Assembly (NCBI RefSeq): GCF_036365525.1 | Contig: NC_090389.1 | Coordinates: 87,761,611 to 87,825,610 of the forward strand | From: Heterodontus francisci | Lineage: Eukaryota | Direction: 5' to 3' | Length of the DNA: 64,000 nucleotides | Shown here: one piece after another, positions 50,343 through 62,159 of the stretch | How the letters are laid out: every line of letters begins with the position of its first letter | Position numbering within the stretch: position 1 is the stretch's first letter | Program-made: the position numbers and the translations under genes | The notes under the pieces: model-generated | What the model saw: only the letters and a program-made list of their open reading frames with translations | The model's database searches: none | What the model was told of the DNA's origin: nothing

Positions 50343-52085
50343 AAAAGCAAAATACTGCGGATGCTGGAAATCTGAAATAAAAACAAGAAATGCTGGAACC
50401 ACTCAGCAGGTCTGGCAGCATCTGTGGAAAGAGAAGCAGAGTCAACGTTTCGGGTCAGTGACCCTTCTTCGGAACTAGCAAATATTAGAAATGTCAAAGG
50501 TTATAAGCAAGTGAGGTGGGGGTGGGGCAAGAGATAACAAAGGAGAAGGTGTAGATTGGACAAGGCCACATAGCTGACCAAAAGGTCATGGAGCAAAGGC
50601 AAACAATATGCTAATGGTGTGTTGAAAGACAAAGCATTAGTACAGATAGGGTGTTAACGGACGGAAGATTGAACAGCAGTAAGTACAGACATGAAAAAAA
50701 ACAGTGGGTAAGCAAACTGAACAAACTACAATGAAATGAAATTTTAAAAAATAACTAAAAATAAAAGTAAAATGGGGGGCCCGTCATGCTCTGAAATTAT
50801 TGAACTCAATGTTCAGTCCGGCAGGCTGTCGTGTGCCTAATCGGTAAATGAAATGCTGTTCCTCGAGCTTGCATTGATGTTCAGTGGAACACTGCAGCAA
50901 GCCCAGGATAAAGATGTGAGCATGAGAGCAGGGGGGAGTGTTGAAATGGCAAGCAACTGGAAGCTCAGGGTCCTGCTTGCGGACTGAGCGGAGGTGTTCT
51001 GCAAAGCGGTCACCCAGTCTGCGTTTGGTCTCCCCAATGTAGAGGAGACCACATTGTGAGCAGCGAATACAGTATACTACATTGAAATAAGTACAAGTAA
51101 ATCGCTGCTTCACCTGAAAGGTGTGTTTGGGGCCTGGGATAGTGAGGAGAGAGTAGGTAAATGGGCAGGTATTACACCTCCTGCGATTGCAGGGGAAGGT
51201 GCCATGGGACAGGGACGAGGTGGTGGGGGTAATGGAGGAGTGGACCAGGGTGTCGCGGAGGGAACGATCCCTTCGGAATGCTGACAGGGGAAGGGAGGGG
51301 AAGATATGTTTGGTAGTGGCATCATGCTGGAGGTGGCGGAAATGGCGGATGATGATCCTTTGGATATGGAGGCTGATGGGGTGGAAAGTGAGGACAGGGG
51401 AGCCCTATCACGGTTCTGGGAGGGAGGGGGAAGGGGTGAGGTTAGAGGTGTGGGAAATGGGCCGGACACGGTTGAGGGCCCTGTCAACAACAGTGGGGGG
51501 GGGGGGGGCGGGGGGAATCCTCGGTTGAGGAAAAAGGTCATATCAGAAGCACCGTCATGGAAGGTAGCATCATCAGAGCAGATGCGTCGGAGACGGAGAA
51601 ACTGGGAGAATGGAATGGAGTCCTTACAGGAGGTAGGGTGTGAAGAAGTGTAGTCCAGGTAGCTGTGGGAGTCGGTGGGCTTATAATGGATATTAGTAGA
51701 CAACCTATCCCCAGAGATTGAGACCGAGAAGTCGAGGAAGGGAAGGGAAGTGTCAGAGATGGACCATGTAAAGGTGAGAGAAGGGTGGAAATTGGAAGCA
51801 AAGTTGATAGTTTTCCAGTTCGGGGCGGGAGCAGGAAACGTCACCGATACAGTCATCAATGTACCGGAAAAAGAGTTGGGGGAGGGGGCCTGAGTAGGAC
51901 TGGAACAAAGAATGCTCGACATATCCCACAAAAAGACAGGCATAACTAGGTACCCATAGCAACACCTTTTACTTGAAGGAAGTGAGTGGAGTTGAAGGAG
52001 AAGTTGTTCAATGTGAGAACAAGTTCAGCCAGGTGGAGGAGGGTGGTGGTGGATGGGGACTGGTTGGGCCTCTGTTCAAGGAAGA
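50343..52085 (-). mobile_element. Penelope-like element (RT 3' part, GIY-YIG endonuclease, terminal repeat) with 16-bp TSD, inserted in a CR1 remnant
   Basis: VVYCIRCSQCGLLYIGETKRRLGDRFAEH..GLN (GIY-YIG); FFRYIDD, LPFLDFSV, YKPTDSHSYLDY (PLE RT); TSD AACATCCTAGTGATAT at 50327-50342 and 52086-52101. Confidence 0.93.
50440..50477 (-). ncRNA. Minimal type-I hammerhead ribozyme-like motif (core variant CCGAAGA)
   Basis: Minus strand: AGUU-CCGAAGA-A-GGGUC-ACU-GACCC-GAAA-CGUU-GACU; stem II GGGUC/GACCC, stem I AGUU/GACU, palindromic mini stem III. Confidence 0.6.
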
Positions 52086-52779
52086 AACATCCTAGTGATA
52101 TCTCCTCAGTATGATGTCCAGTGCAGTGACCAGAACTGCATGCAGTACTCTACTTGCGGCCTAACTAGTCTTTTACACTATTCCAGCATATCCTCCCACC
52201 TGTTATATTCAGTGCCTCGGCTAATAAAGGCAAGTATCCCGTATGCTTTCTTGACCATCTTTATCTACCTGTCCAGCTACCTTCAGGAATCTGTGGACAT
52301 GCACTCCAACGTCCTTCTACACTTCTCAGCATCTTACCATTTGAAGGATTGGCCACACTATATTCGTCTGCCATATTTCTAGCCCCTTCCCACCACCACC
52401 CGGCAATCTTCCACAACCCCAAATCAATATTGCAGCTGTAGTATATGTCACAGTTCAGAGAGTCGAATGAGTACAATGAATTTGAATATCCACCAATGTC
52501 TGCACAATCCAGGTATCAAACTTTAGAATCTAAAGATCTGTGTTGTTTAGCGTTCTATTCGGTGATCCTGACCTGACTTTTTGGGAAGCTTCAGGGCTGT
52601 ATTTGGAAGAATTGGTGGTGTGGTGGCGATGGGTGCCATGTGTGGTATCAAAGACCCTTTGACTGTGATGTCTTCATATTACTGCAGTTCTAATCCAAGC
52701 TGTGCAGGGATAGGATGCATTCCTCCCTGGAAGGCCCTTGACTTACTTATCCCAATGTGAATTTGCATCTGCTTTTCAG

Positions 52780-53007
52780 GTCAACACACCGGCAACCTCA
52801 ATGTTGAAGACAGCTGCTGCCCAGTTGGTGACCCCCACTCATGCTGCCACTTCCACTGCTCCAGCTAGACCCATTATCACAGTGCACAAATCGGGGACAG
52901 TCACTGTGGCCCAGCAAGCACAGGTGGTGACCACTGTGGTGGGAGGGGTTACAAAAACCATTACACTGGTAAAAAGCCCTATCTCCATGGCAGGAGGAAG
53001 CACACTG
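52780..53007 (+). CDS. HCFC1: HCFC1 exon 11 ([15 protein letters not shown]...[38 protein letters not shown]...STL)
   Basis: gcttttcag|GTCAAC ... ACACTG|gtaagg; 228 bp; phase 0-0. Confidence 0.95.
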
Positions 53008-53369
53008 GTAAGGATATTGGTGTTAGATGATGTATACCTGTTTATTTTAGCAGCTCCTTAACTGTGGTGAGTTTGTGTTTACTGTCAGTGTTATTGGGAA
53101 AATGATTGATTATAAATTATGACCTTGTCATTTAAAAAAAAATTGTGACTCCTTACTCTGGCTTTTTTTTTTAAAGCCTCATAAAAGTCTTTGAAAGTCA
53201 ACCTAGTACTTGTATCAATGCTATTGCTGAATGTTGGGTCTGTGTTTTGATACTGTTATTGCACTTGCTGATTTGAAATGGTGTTTGTCATTTGGACATA
53301 TTGAATCTTCTGACCTGTTTAGTTTTGCTTCCTGTCGTTTTCCTCTCCTGAAGGTGGTGATTCAGAATC

Positions 53370-53875
53370 ATAACTGAACAGACGGAGGCCATTCAGCCCA
53401 TTGAATCCATGCCAGCTCTCTGTAGAGCACTCCAATCAGTCCCATTCCCCCTCTATCACCATAGCCCTGCAAGTTTATTTTTCTCAAGAGCCTATCCAAT
53501 TTCCTTTTGACATCATTGATGTCTCTGCTTCCACCATCCTTTGTAGGCAGTGAATTCTAAGTCATTACCAATGTCTGCATAAAAAAGTTCTTCCACACAT
53601 TCCCCCCCATATCTCTTGCCCAAAACCTTAATTCTGTGTCCCCAGTCCTTGTATCATCAACTAATGGGAACAGCTTTTCTTTGTCTACCTTATCTAAACC
53701 TGTCATAATCTTGTATACCTCCTTTGCTCCAAGGGGAGCAACTGCAACTTCTCCAACCTAACCTTGTAGCTAAAATTCCTCATCCCTGGAACCATTCTGA
53801 TAAATCTTCTCTGCACCCTCTCAAGGACCCTCACATCCTTCCTAAACTCTTGATGACCAGAACTGGATGCAATAA
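53370..53875 (-). mobile_element. Degraded CR1 3' end
   Basis: 'ggaggccattcagccc' tail; reverse complement of LERVQRRFIRM; similar ends near 3390-3690 and 37350-37680. Confidence 0.65.
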
Positions 53876-54444
53876 TCTACTCTCGCTGGACTACCTGTGC
53901 CAGTCAATCTATGGTACCTCGCCCATACAGCCATTGTTATGAGTTAACTTTGAGCGTCAACAAGACTGTTTAGTCCAAGGGAGAACAGCCAATCCTGTCC
54001 CTCCCTGACCACCTCCCTGCAATCTAAAGCAGAGACTGTGAGCTTCCACCCTCCCAGGGATACTCAAGTAAATCTCAGCAGGAAAGTATTTCCAAAGTAT
54101 ATCCAATGAGCTGCCATGAGTAAGATGGTCACTTCACCTCTGGGTGCAAACCTTATGTGAGAAATGGGAATAAGTGAAAAAGGGGGATAATTTCCAAAAA
54201 TAAATTGTGAATCTGTACTGTCCTTTAAAAAGAGAAGTTTTAAGATCAAACTGTTTAGCACAAAAATGGCTAACACTCTTAAAGTACCCCTTTTGTAAAC
54301 TTCCTAATTGTTCTCTGATTGGAGCAGAGTAGCCCTGTTCTGTAGCAGGCCTAGTGAATAAAAACACCACTCCGTGCAAGTTCAACCCTCATTCTGCCTA
54401 GTTACCTGATCCCACATGGGGCATCAGTTTCTTCACTGCAGTTA

Positions 54445-55111
54445 TCTTTGGCCTCCTTATCTCGCGAGACAATGGGTAAGCGCCTGGAGGTGGTCAGTGG
54501 TGTGTGGAGCAGCGCCTGGAGTGGCTATAAAGGCCAATTCTAGAGTGACAGGCTCTTCCACAGGTGCTGCAGAAAAATTTGATTGTCGGGGCTGTTACAC
54601 AGTTGGCTCTTCCCTTGCGCCTGTGTCTTTTTTCCTGCCAACTGCTAAGTCTCTGGCGAACGCTGGCAACTGACTCCCACGACTTGTGATCAATGTCACA
54701 GGATTTCATGTCGCGTTTGCAGACGTCTTTAAAGCGGAGACATGGACGGCCGATGGGTCTGATACCAGTGGCGAGCTCGCTGTACAATGTGTCTTTGGGG
54801 ATCCTGCCATCTTCCATGCGGCTCACGTGGCCAAGCCATCTGAAGCGCCGCTGGCTCAGTAGTGTGTATAAGCTGGGGGTGTTGGCCGCCTCGAGGACTT
54901 CTGTGTTGGAGATACGGTCCTGCCACCTGATGCCAAGTATTCTCCAGAGGCAGCGAAGATGGAATGAATTGAGACGTCGCTCTTGGCTGACATACGTTGT
55001 CCAGGCCTCGTTGCCATAGAGCAAGGTACTGAGGACACAGGCTTGATACACTCGGACTTTTGTGTTCCGTGTCAGTGCGCCATTTTCCCACACTCTCTTG
55101 GCCAGTCTGGA
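54445..55111 (-). mobile_element. RTE 3' fragment (antisense)
   Basis: 210-aa ORF SRLAKRVWENG..EAANTPSLY..CSTCGRACHSRIGLYSHSRRC with a small internal deletion. Confidence 0.92.
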
Positions 55112-56040
55112 CACAGACACAAACACACACAGATAACCTCTCTGGTTCTTTCACTGACGTGCATTTCAGCTGTACTGCTGCAGCTTCAGGTGAGCAGCAG
55201 CGAAAAACTCTTGGGGCAGTGGGGAGCGGTGGGGAAATGAGAAACTTGTTTTAACATGCCAAAAAAAAATAGATGTTACTCAAGTTTTCAAAGAATTGAT
55301 ATTCTGCATTATATTTAATGGATTTGAAAACTTTACCTTTATTTTTGTGAATGTCTATTACTTTAATGTCCCAATTACTTTAATAGAAAAGCAAAATACT
55401 GCAGATGCTGGAAATATTTAGCAGGTCAGGCAGCATCTGTGGAGAGAGAAACAGGGTTAACATTTCAGGTCAATATCCTATTCTGTTTTTATTTTAAAAG
55501 TAAAATCAATTCCTGTCTATACAATATCAAAGCCAGTGTTGTAAGAGGAGAAATTGTGTTGAAGTTCAATCCTTCACCGCTCCCCACCCTCCACCGGCCA
55601 AGGTGGTAACTCTGCTGCTCAGCCTGGAACCGAGTGATAGACCAGGAAGGTCCCGGTTTGATTCCCAGGTTCAACTGAGTTAACTGAGCTCAGTCAGGGA
55701 GCTGGTAGAGGTGCTATTGTTGGCAGGGTTCCTGCTTCTAATCACCTGTCCAGTAACTCAAGCTGGACAATTCAGGAGGGAGGATGGAGTTGGTTTAGCT
55801 GTGATGCCTTCCGCCATAGAATAGCCTGTTGGCACTCACTGTCTTGGCAGACGCATGAATTGATATCACATGGGTGCTGGTACCTGTGGTACTTTAATCC
55901 AACAAGAGTTTCTGCTTCCAAGGGAAATGGGGGGGCGGGGGGAAATTGGTGTGCAGGAGACACTCCAGAAAATAAAACTCCTCACTCATTGACCTGGTAA
56001 TGTGATGCATGTGATTTGAACGGCACTACAGTAGCCTAGA

Positions 56041-56362
56041 ATTTTATTTTATTTATTTTATTTAGAGATACAGCACTGAAACAGGCTCTTCGGCCCACCG
56101 AGTCTGTGCCGACCAAGAACCACCCATTTATACTAACCCTACAGTAATCCCATATTCCCTATCACCTCCCTACACTAGGGGCAATTTACAATGGCCAATT
56201 TACCTATCACCTGCAAGTCTTTGGCGGTGGGAGGAAACCGGAGCACCTGGCGGAAACCCACATGGTCACAGGGAGAACTTGCAAACTCCGCACAGGCGGT
56301 ACCCAGAACCGAACCCGGGTCCCTGGAGCTGTGAGGCTGCGGTGCTAACCACTGCGCCGCCC
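56041..56362 (-). mobile_element. Intact V-SINE (HE1-like)
   Basis: Minus strand: GGCGCAGTGGTTAGC (A box), GGTTCGGTTC (B box), V-domain, CR1-like tail 'gggccgaagagcctgtttcagtgctgtatctc(taaa)n'. Confidence 0.88.
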
Positions 56363-56632
56363 CAGGCAGGTTTTATGCTTAAAAATATTTGTTGTGTGGA
56401 TGATGAGCCAAGAGGTTTCATCAAAGCAAAATTTCCTCTTTAGCTTATGGTGGCTTATCCAGGGAAGGGTGGGGTAAGGGAGTTGTTTGTTTTAGTAATT
56501 TTAAAGGAAAGTACCAGAAGTATGAAGGTGAGCCTTGGTATTTGTTTCTAATTTAATCTCTTTTGGATGGTTGAAGTAATGATTTTCCCAGTGTTTTACC
56601 TATGTTGCAGTTTTCCCCTCTTATCATCCTAG

Positions 56633-56734
56633 ATTTCCAACCTGGGAAAAGTGCTAACTCTACAGGCTAAACCGGGGCAACAGGCCACCATCTCAGCCCC
56701 AGGCTCCAGTGGGCCACTTACACAGATCTTCCAG
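56633..56734 (+). CDS. HCFC1: HCFC1 exon 12 (ISNLGKVLTLQAKPGQQATISAPGSSGPLTQIFQ)
   Basis: atcatcctag|ATTTCC ... TTCCAG|gttggc; 102 bp; ISNLGKV...GPxTQIxQ match. Confidence 0.92.
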
Positions 56735-57752
56735 GTTGGCAAATTGCGCTGCATTGCAAGACACACGAGTGGTTTGTTTTGTAGGTTAACATTGTGCTTT
56801 TTTTTTTAATGCCATCACTGGAAAAGAGAGCCTGCATTTATTCTTCGAGAGAGAAAGGAAGTATGATAGCTCATGTGAAACAAGGAGCGGGCTTGATGAC
56901 CAGCTTCCTGCCCATCAATTTTATATGGGTACAATGTAGTGAAGATGCATTAAAGCAAGTGGGTTTGTATGCCCCTTGAGTCCTTACTCAGTTAATTCAA
57001 ACTCGGCAATTCTTCAGGCATGCAGAGTCTTTCTGACCAGTGTAATGTGTCTTTTCCATTAGCTGGGGTATCTTGGGAACCATGTGTTCCTCTGCTCTCC
57101 CCACCTCCCCCCTTCTCCACAGTAAGATTTGTGCAGTTTTTATGGAGCAATTGGATGTGAAAGTGGAGAACTGCCATTGCACCAACCTGCCCCATCCCAC
57201 ACTTCGAAGGGAGCTCCAATTCTGGTCATTTCAAAAAGAAACTCTGCTTAATTCCCAGAGATTTAGTTTTAATTAGAAAAATTAGAGTTTGGTTTAAATT
57301 TAACATCCTAGCACATAAAATTTAGGCTATTGAATCACTGCTTTGTTATTGTAAAAGGATCGTGCAATACCAGCCTTCAAATGTTCTGGCATAGACCTAT
57401 CCAGATTATTCTTGAATTATGCATTGTGTAAAGCATGTATATGAAGCATGAATAATTCCCAACTTCTTTGTTTAAACCTATATGTTGCAAGCATTTTTAA
57501 TTAAAATTATAAGATGCTCTGGCTAACTGCAAAAAATTGTATAGTTTTATTATTCAGTGACTAACTTTTGCTGCTGTTCTCTCAACTCTGCTGCATATGT
57601 TTGTAGTGGTGATTTTATTTTGAAATGACATCTCTTGCATGTACTGCCAGGCTTCCATGAGAGAAATGTTTGTTCAGATGCAAATTATTTTGTACTGTTG
57701 GATTCATTCTCCTGTAATAGAGCTGGCAGCTTTTTATTTTTGAACTTGACAG

Positions 57753-57972
57753 ACCAAAGGACAGCTGCCTCCAGGAGCTACCATTTTGAAGCTTGTCACT
57801 TCAGCAGATGGGAAGCCCACCACCATCATCACCACCTCCCAGGCCGGAAACGTGGGCCTTAAGCAGACGTTCGTCAGCCTCAGTAACGTGTCACCTGCCT
57901 CTTCAAAACCAGCAACCACCATTCTCAAAACCATCCCTATGTCTGCACTTATTTCACAGCCTGGTTCTACAG
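57753..57972 (+). CDS. HCFC1: HCFC1 exon 13 ([30 protein letters not shown]...[15 protein letters not shown])
   Basis: aacttgacag|ACCAAA ... TCTACAG|gtacag; 220 bp. Confidence 0.94.
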
Positions 57973-57999
57973 GTACAGACCAGAGAAAGGCACCAATCT

Positions 58000-58720
58000 G
58001 TTTTAATATAGCTAAGTTTGAGGTGGTGTATTTTAATAGGAGGAAAATGACTCTAAATGGGGTATAGAAACAAAGTGATCTAGGGATACAGATTCACAAA
58101 TCATTAAAAGCAGCAATGGAGGTTAACAAAGCCATTAAAATGCATCAAAGCACTGGGGTTCATTTCTAGACGAATAGAAATGAAAAGCAGTGAAGTTATG
58201 TCAAACTTGTACAGAACCTTAGTACTGTGAGCAGAAAAAGGATATGGGGGCACTGGAGTAGATACCAGTCCTGAAAGGATTTAACTATCAGGTAAGACTG
58301 AACAGGTTGGGTCTCTTTTTTTCTCGATAAAACACCAGTTTGAAAAGTGACCTGACAGCGATCTTGAAAATAAAAGGGTTTGACATGGTAGACTGAGAAG
58401 AGATGTTTCCACTTTTGAAGTATTCAAAACTAGGGATCATAAAAAGGTAGCCACCAATAACTCCAGTAGGAAATTAGAAAAGCTTCTATACCTAGAGACT
58501 GGTTAGAATGTGGAACTTGCTACTACAGGGAGTGGTTGGGGTGATTAGCATCGATACATTTAGGGGGAAGCTAAATAAATGCATGAGGGTGAAAGGCATA
58601 GTAGGATATGCTGTTAGGGTTAGATGAAGAAGAGTGGGAGGAGGCCTGTGTGGATCATAAGCGCTGGCATAGGCCTGGTGGGCCACTTGGCCTGTTTCTG
58701 TGCTGTAAATTCTATATAAT
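58000..58720 (+). mobile_element. Highly degraded CR1 3' fragment
   Basis: KFEVVYF..DLGIQIHKSLK remnants; tail 'ggcctgtttctgtgctgtaaattctat'. Confidence 0.65.
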
Positions 58721-60159
58721 ACTGTGTACCATACAGATAATGTGTGCTTTAATTTCAGTCCAATATTTTTCCTTCAGTTTACACTTTTATCTCAATGCTA
58801 CTTTTATATCACTGCTCCTTTTAACTGAGGTGAGAGCAAGCTAAGCTGCAGGTCTCCGCATGATGGTTTCAGTTCTTTTCCACAATTGATTGGTGAAAAG
58901 AGAGTGAGTGAGGTCTTTTTAAAAAAAAAAAAAAAAAAATTCCTTCCCCTTGTGCAGTATCCCACTCTGGTTCTGCACTCAGTCCAGCCAGATTTTTTTT
59001 TTTGTTTCAGTTGCACCCCATGGTGGAGATTTCAACCTATGACTTTCACTTGGGAGGCAGGTGCTATTGATCTGTACTAACTTAATGTTTTAATCATCAA
59101 AAATGATGTGCGTACATAAACCTAGGTAAAGGACAGTATGGGGCTCAGCTGTGATTTCCATCGCAGATGGCTAGTAGTACTGCCTCCTAATGTGCTCACC
59201 TGAATGATGGGAACTTTGGTAGAGTATGGGGGTTTACTGGTAACCATGGCACCTTGCCCCAGCATGAGGCAACACCTTTGCAGGGAGAAGTCAGTTTTAT
59301 GCAAAATAGTACCACAGCCAGGAAGGTGATGCCATCAGAAGAAAAAAAAATTAAAAAGAGAAAGTAGAGTCTGGGTTTGATTGCTGTTTTCAAGGACTGG
59401 AGGACAAACCATTTGAGGGTGTTTCCCAGAGAACTTCTGTTTAATGCTTTAGGTTAACGGAGAACGCAGATCAAATACTTTTTTTTGGAAAAAATAGACT
59501 GCAGAGGTAACACCTGAAGAACAATGGGTTTCGCCCTCCCAGACTTCAGGTTGCAAAACAAGGAGTCAGTGGTTCTGAAGATCCAAATGTACCAAGCAGC
59601 TTTTAACACCTGGGAACAATGGAAGGCCTAAATGGCTCTGTGAAACCAGACTTCTGGACTTTGCATATCAGAACAGGATGATAAGCTATTGACTTTTGAG
59701 TCCAGATAAATTTAGCATTTTCTGAAGGCAGACAGGCTGTAAGAGAGGAAACCAGCGGTTGCGGCCTCGAGGCAGGCTGTAAGGACGACAACCAACTGGG
59801 AGGGCGGCTACCGAGAGAGAGAGTACACCTGCTCTCAGAAGCCTGATACAGTAAAATGCTGCAAAGACTTGAACCTGTTTTGAAAGTTGAACTTTGCGGA
59901 GAAGGAAAAGACTAACAGGATCACCAGGAAACGCCTTATTCTCGGGCGTCCAGGTTGGAAGTGCTCGGAGAATTGAACTAAGAGGACATTTATGTTTGAA
60001 AAGGTCTGGGAGATCCAACCCATTGCAACTGGGAGGAGTTGGGACTTTTAACTGCAAAGGATGTTGCCATTAAAAAGAACTGTATAATGTATAATGCGGT
60101 GTGAGGGTTTCAAGTATTTTGATAAGTAAAGAAAATACCTTTCTTTGTAATTTGGGGTG

Positions 60160-62158
60160 TCAGCTACTTACACTCGAGGAAGTGGACGGTGCCTTGTCAG
60201 CTACCAAACCAGACAGAGCAGCAGGAGTTGATGGGATTTACCCAGAATTCCTGCAGAACCTCATCATAGGGAAGGAAGTGGCTAGCAAAGCTGTTTCGCA
60301 ACATCCATAGCACAGGCATCATCCCAAACCTCTGGCTCCAATCTAAGATAGTGGCCATTGCCAAGCCAGGGAAACCACTCAATGACTTACACAGCTACTG
60401 CCCCACTCTCAATAACATATATAAAATCCTGGAATGTCTCCTACTAAACAGACTAGGTCCTATCCTGAATGCAGTGATTGCCCACCCCCACCCCCGGCTT
60501 CTGAAAACAGGTTGGTTTTCATACAGGCCGCAACTTTTTTAAAACATTTTTTATGGATGTGGGTGTCGCTGGCAAAGCCAGCATTTGTTGCCCATCCCTA
60601 AGTGCCTTTGACAACTGAGTGGTTCGCCAAGCCATTTCAGAGAGCATTTAAGAGTCAGCCACATTGCTGTAGGTCTGGAGTCACATGTAGGCCAGACCAG
60701 GTAAGGACGGCAGCATTAGTGAACAAGATGGGTTTTTACAACAATTGACAATGGTTTCATGGTCACCATTAGACTAGCTTTTAATTCCAGATTTATTAAT
60801 TGAATTCAGATTTTGCCATCTGCCGTGGTGGGATTCGAACTCCTGTTCCCAGAGCAGTAGCCTGGATCTCTGGATTATTAGTCCAGTGACATTACCACTA
60901 TTCCACAGCCTCCACAACTGCTCTGAGCAGGTCCTGACATTGACCTCGACTATTGGGGATGGTTTTCAGCAAGGCCCAAAGACAGGAACCACCTTTGTTG
61001 ACTTATCCTGCACCTATGACAGAGTGTGGCGTAAAGGCATGCTGCTGAAACTCTCCAAAATCATCTGCTGTGTAAAAACCCTACAACTTATCAACTCCAT
61101 GATCAGCCACCAACAGTTCAGTGTGCACCTTGGAGATCAAATCAGCCACTCACGCATAACCAACAACAGACTCCCACCAAGATCAGTTCTCGCAGTAGCC
61201 CTCTTCAATATATATACCAGCGATCTCCCTCCCACAAAGTCATGACTCTTCATACATGCTGATGACTTGGCCCTGGCTTTCCAGGCTGAAGAACTTCAGG
61301 ACATTGAGAAAACACTCACTGAAGATCTATGTGCTCTGGAAGCCTACTTCAGAAATTGCAGACACTGACCCAGTGCTGCCAAGACTATTGTTTCAGCCTT
61401 CCGCCTGAACCAATCAAAGGCCAGGGAAGAAATTCATGTCCAGTTCTGCGGCCGACCGCTCACCCATCACACAACACCAAAATACCTTGGCGTCACTTTT
61501 TACCATACTTTTGACCTACTGGTAACACCCTCAGAACACTGGAGCCAAGGACAAGATGAGTGAATCTTATAAGGAAACTGGCTGGTATCACCTGGGACAG
61601 CAGAGCCAACACAATATGCACTGCTTCACTCACCTTGGTCTACCCAACAGCAGAGTACTGTTGCTCAACCTGGCTCAGGAGCCGCCAGACAAATGTGGTA
61701 GATATCCACCTCTGGGAAATCATGACTTATTATTTCTGGAACATTGAGACCAACACAGCTAGAGTGGCTTCCTGTGCTAGCATACATTGAACCTCCGGAT
61801 GTCCGCAGGGAAAATATTCTCCTCAAAGAACACCTCCAGCTGACAGCTAATGAAACGCTCCCATTGACACAACACCTCAAAAAAAAATCTCGTAGCCCCC
61901 TACTGGAACACACTCCACACCCTACAAACTGATAGCCCCAACTCTCAATGCCACACCTCCTGCTAATATCACCAACTGCAACCTGATAACTGACCCGTGC
62001 GGTGAAGTCCCAGGTTTCAACCTCTCATTGATCTGGACAACCCTCAACCGCTTGAGGATGGGTCGGGGAATATGTGGCCACCAGCTCCACAAGTGGAATG
62101 TGAGGACCAGCTCAAATTGTGACTGTGGCCATCCAACTTAAAGAAAGAGCATATAATT
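60160..62158 (+). mobile_element. Vingi/Ingi-like (I-group) LINE, decayed, interrupted by a SINE at about 60545-60912
   Basis: AAGVDGIYPEFL, VAIAKPGKP, FVDLSCTYDRVW, LFNIYTSDLP, IHADDLAL, PKYLGVT, RKLAGITW..AEYCCSTW, WTTLNRLRMG..CDCGH; no RNase H segment seen. Confidence 0.65.
60545..60912 (-). mobile_element. tRNA-headed SINE with family-B LINE tail
   Basis: Minus strand B-box 'gttcgaatccc'; removing it restores GFHTGRN|CSEQ of the host LINE (CAACT duplicated). Confidence 0.75.
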
Positions 62159-62159
62159 G

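Larger units (their letters stand above)
29022..57972 (+). other. HCFC1: Host cell factor 1 gene, partial (coding exons 2-13; exon 1 and exon 14+ outside window)
   Basis: 12 GT-AG exons with compatible phases join into one ORF: Kelch repeats, SAS1N Fn3 strands and the Thr/Val/Lys-rich basic region, which HCFC2 lacks. Exon sizes 149,161,209,85,107,180,363,176,183,228,102,220 follow the human HCFC1 layout as recalled. Confidence 0.93.

Noticed and set aside
56300-56362. tRNA genes (also near 10100-10167, 11420-11487, 41630-41695)
   Set aside because: A/B boxes belong to SINE heads that continue into SINE cores; no complete cloverleaf.
29022-57972. Assignment to HCFC2
   Set aside because: The Kelch sequence is closer to HCFC1 ([23 protein letters not shown]), and the basic-region exons 9-13, absent from HCFC2, are present.
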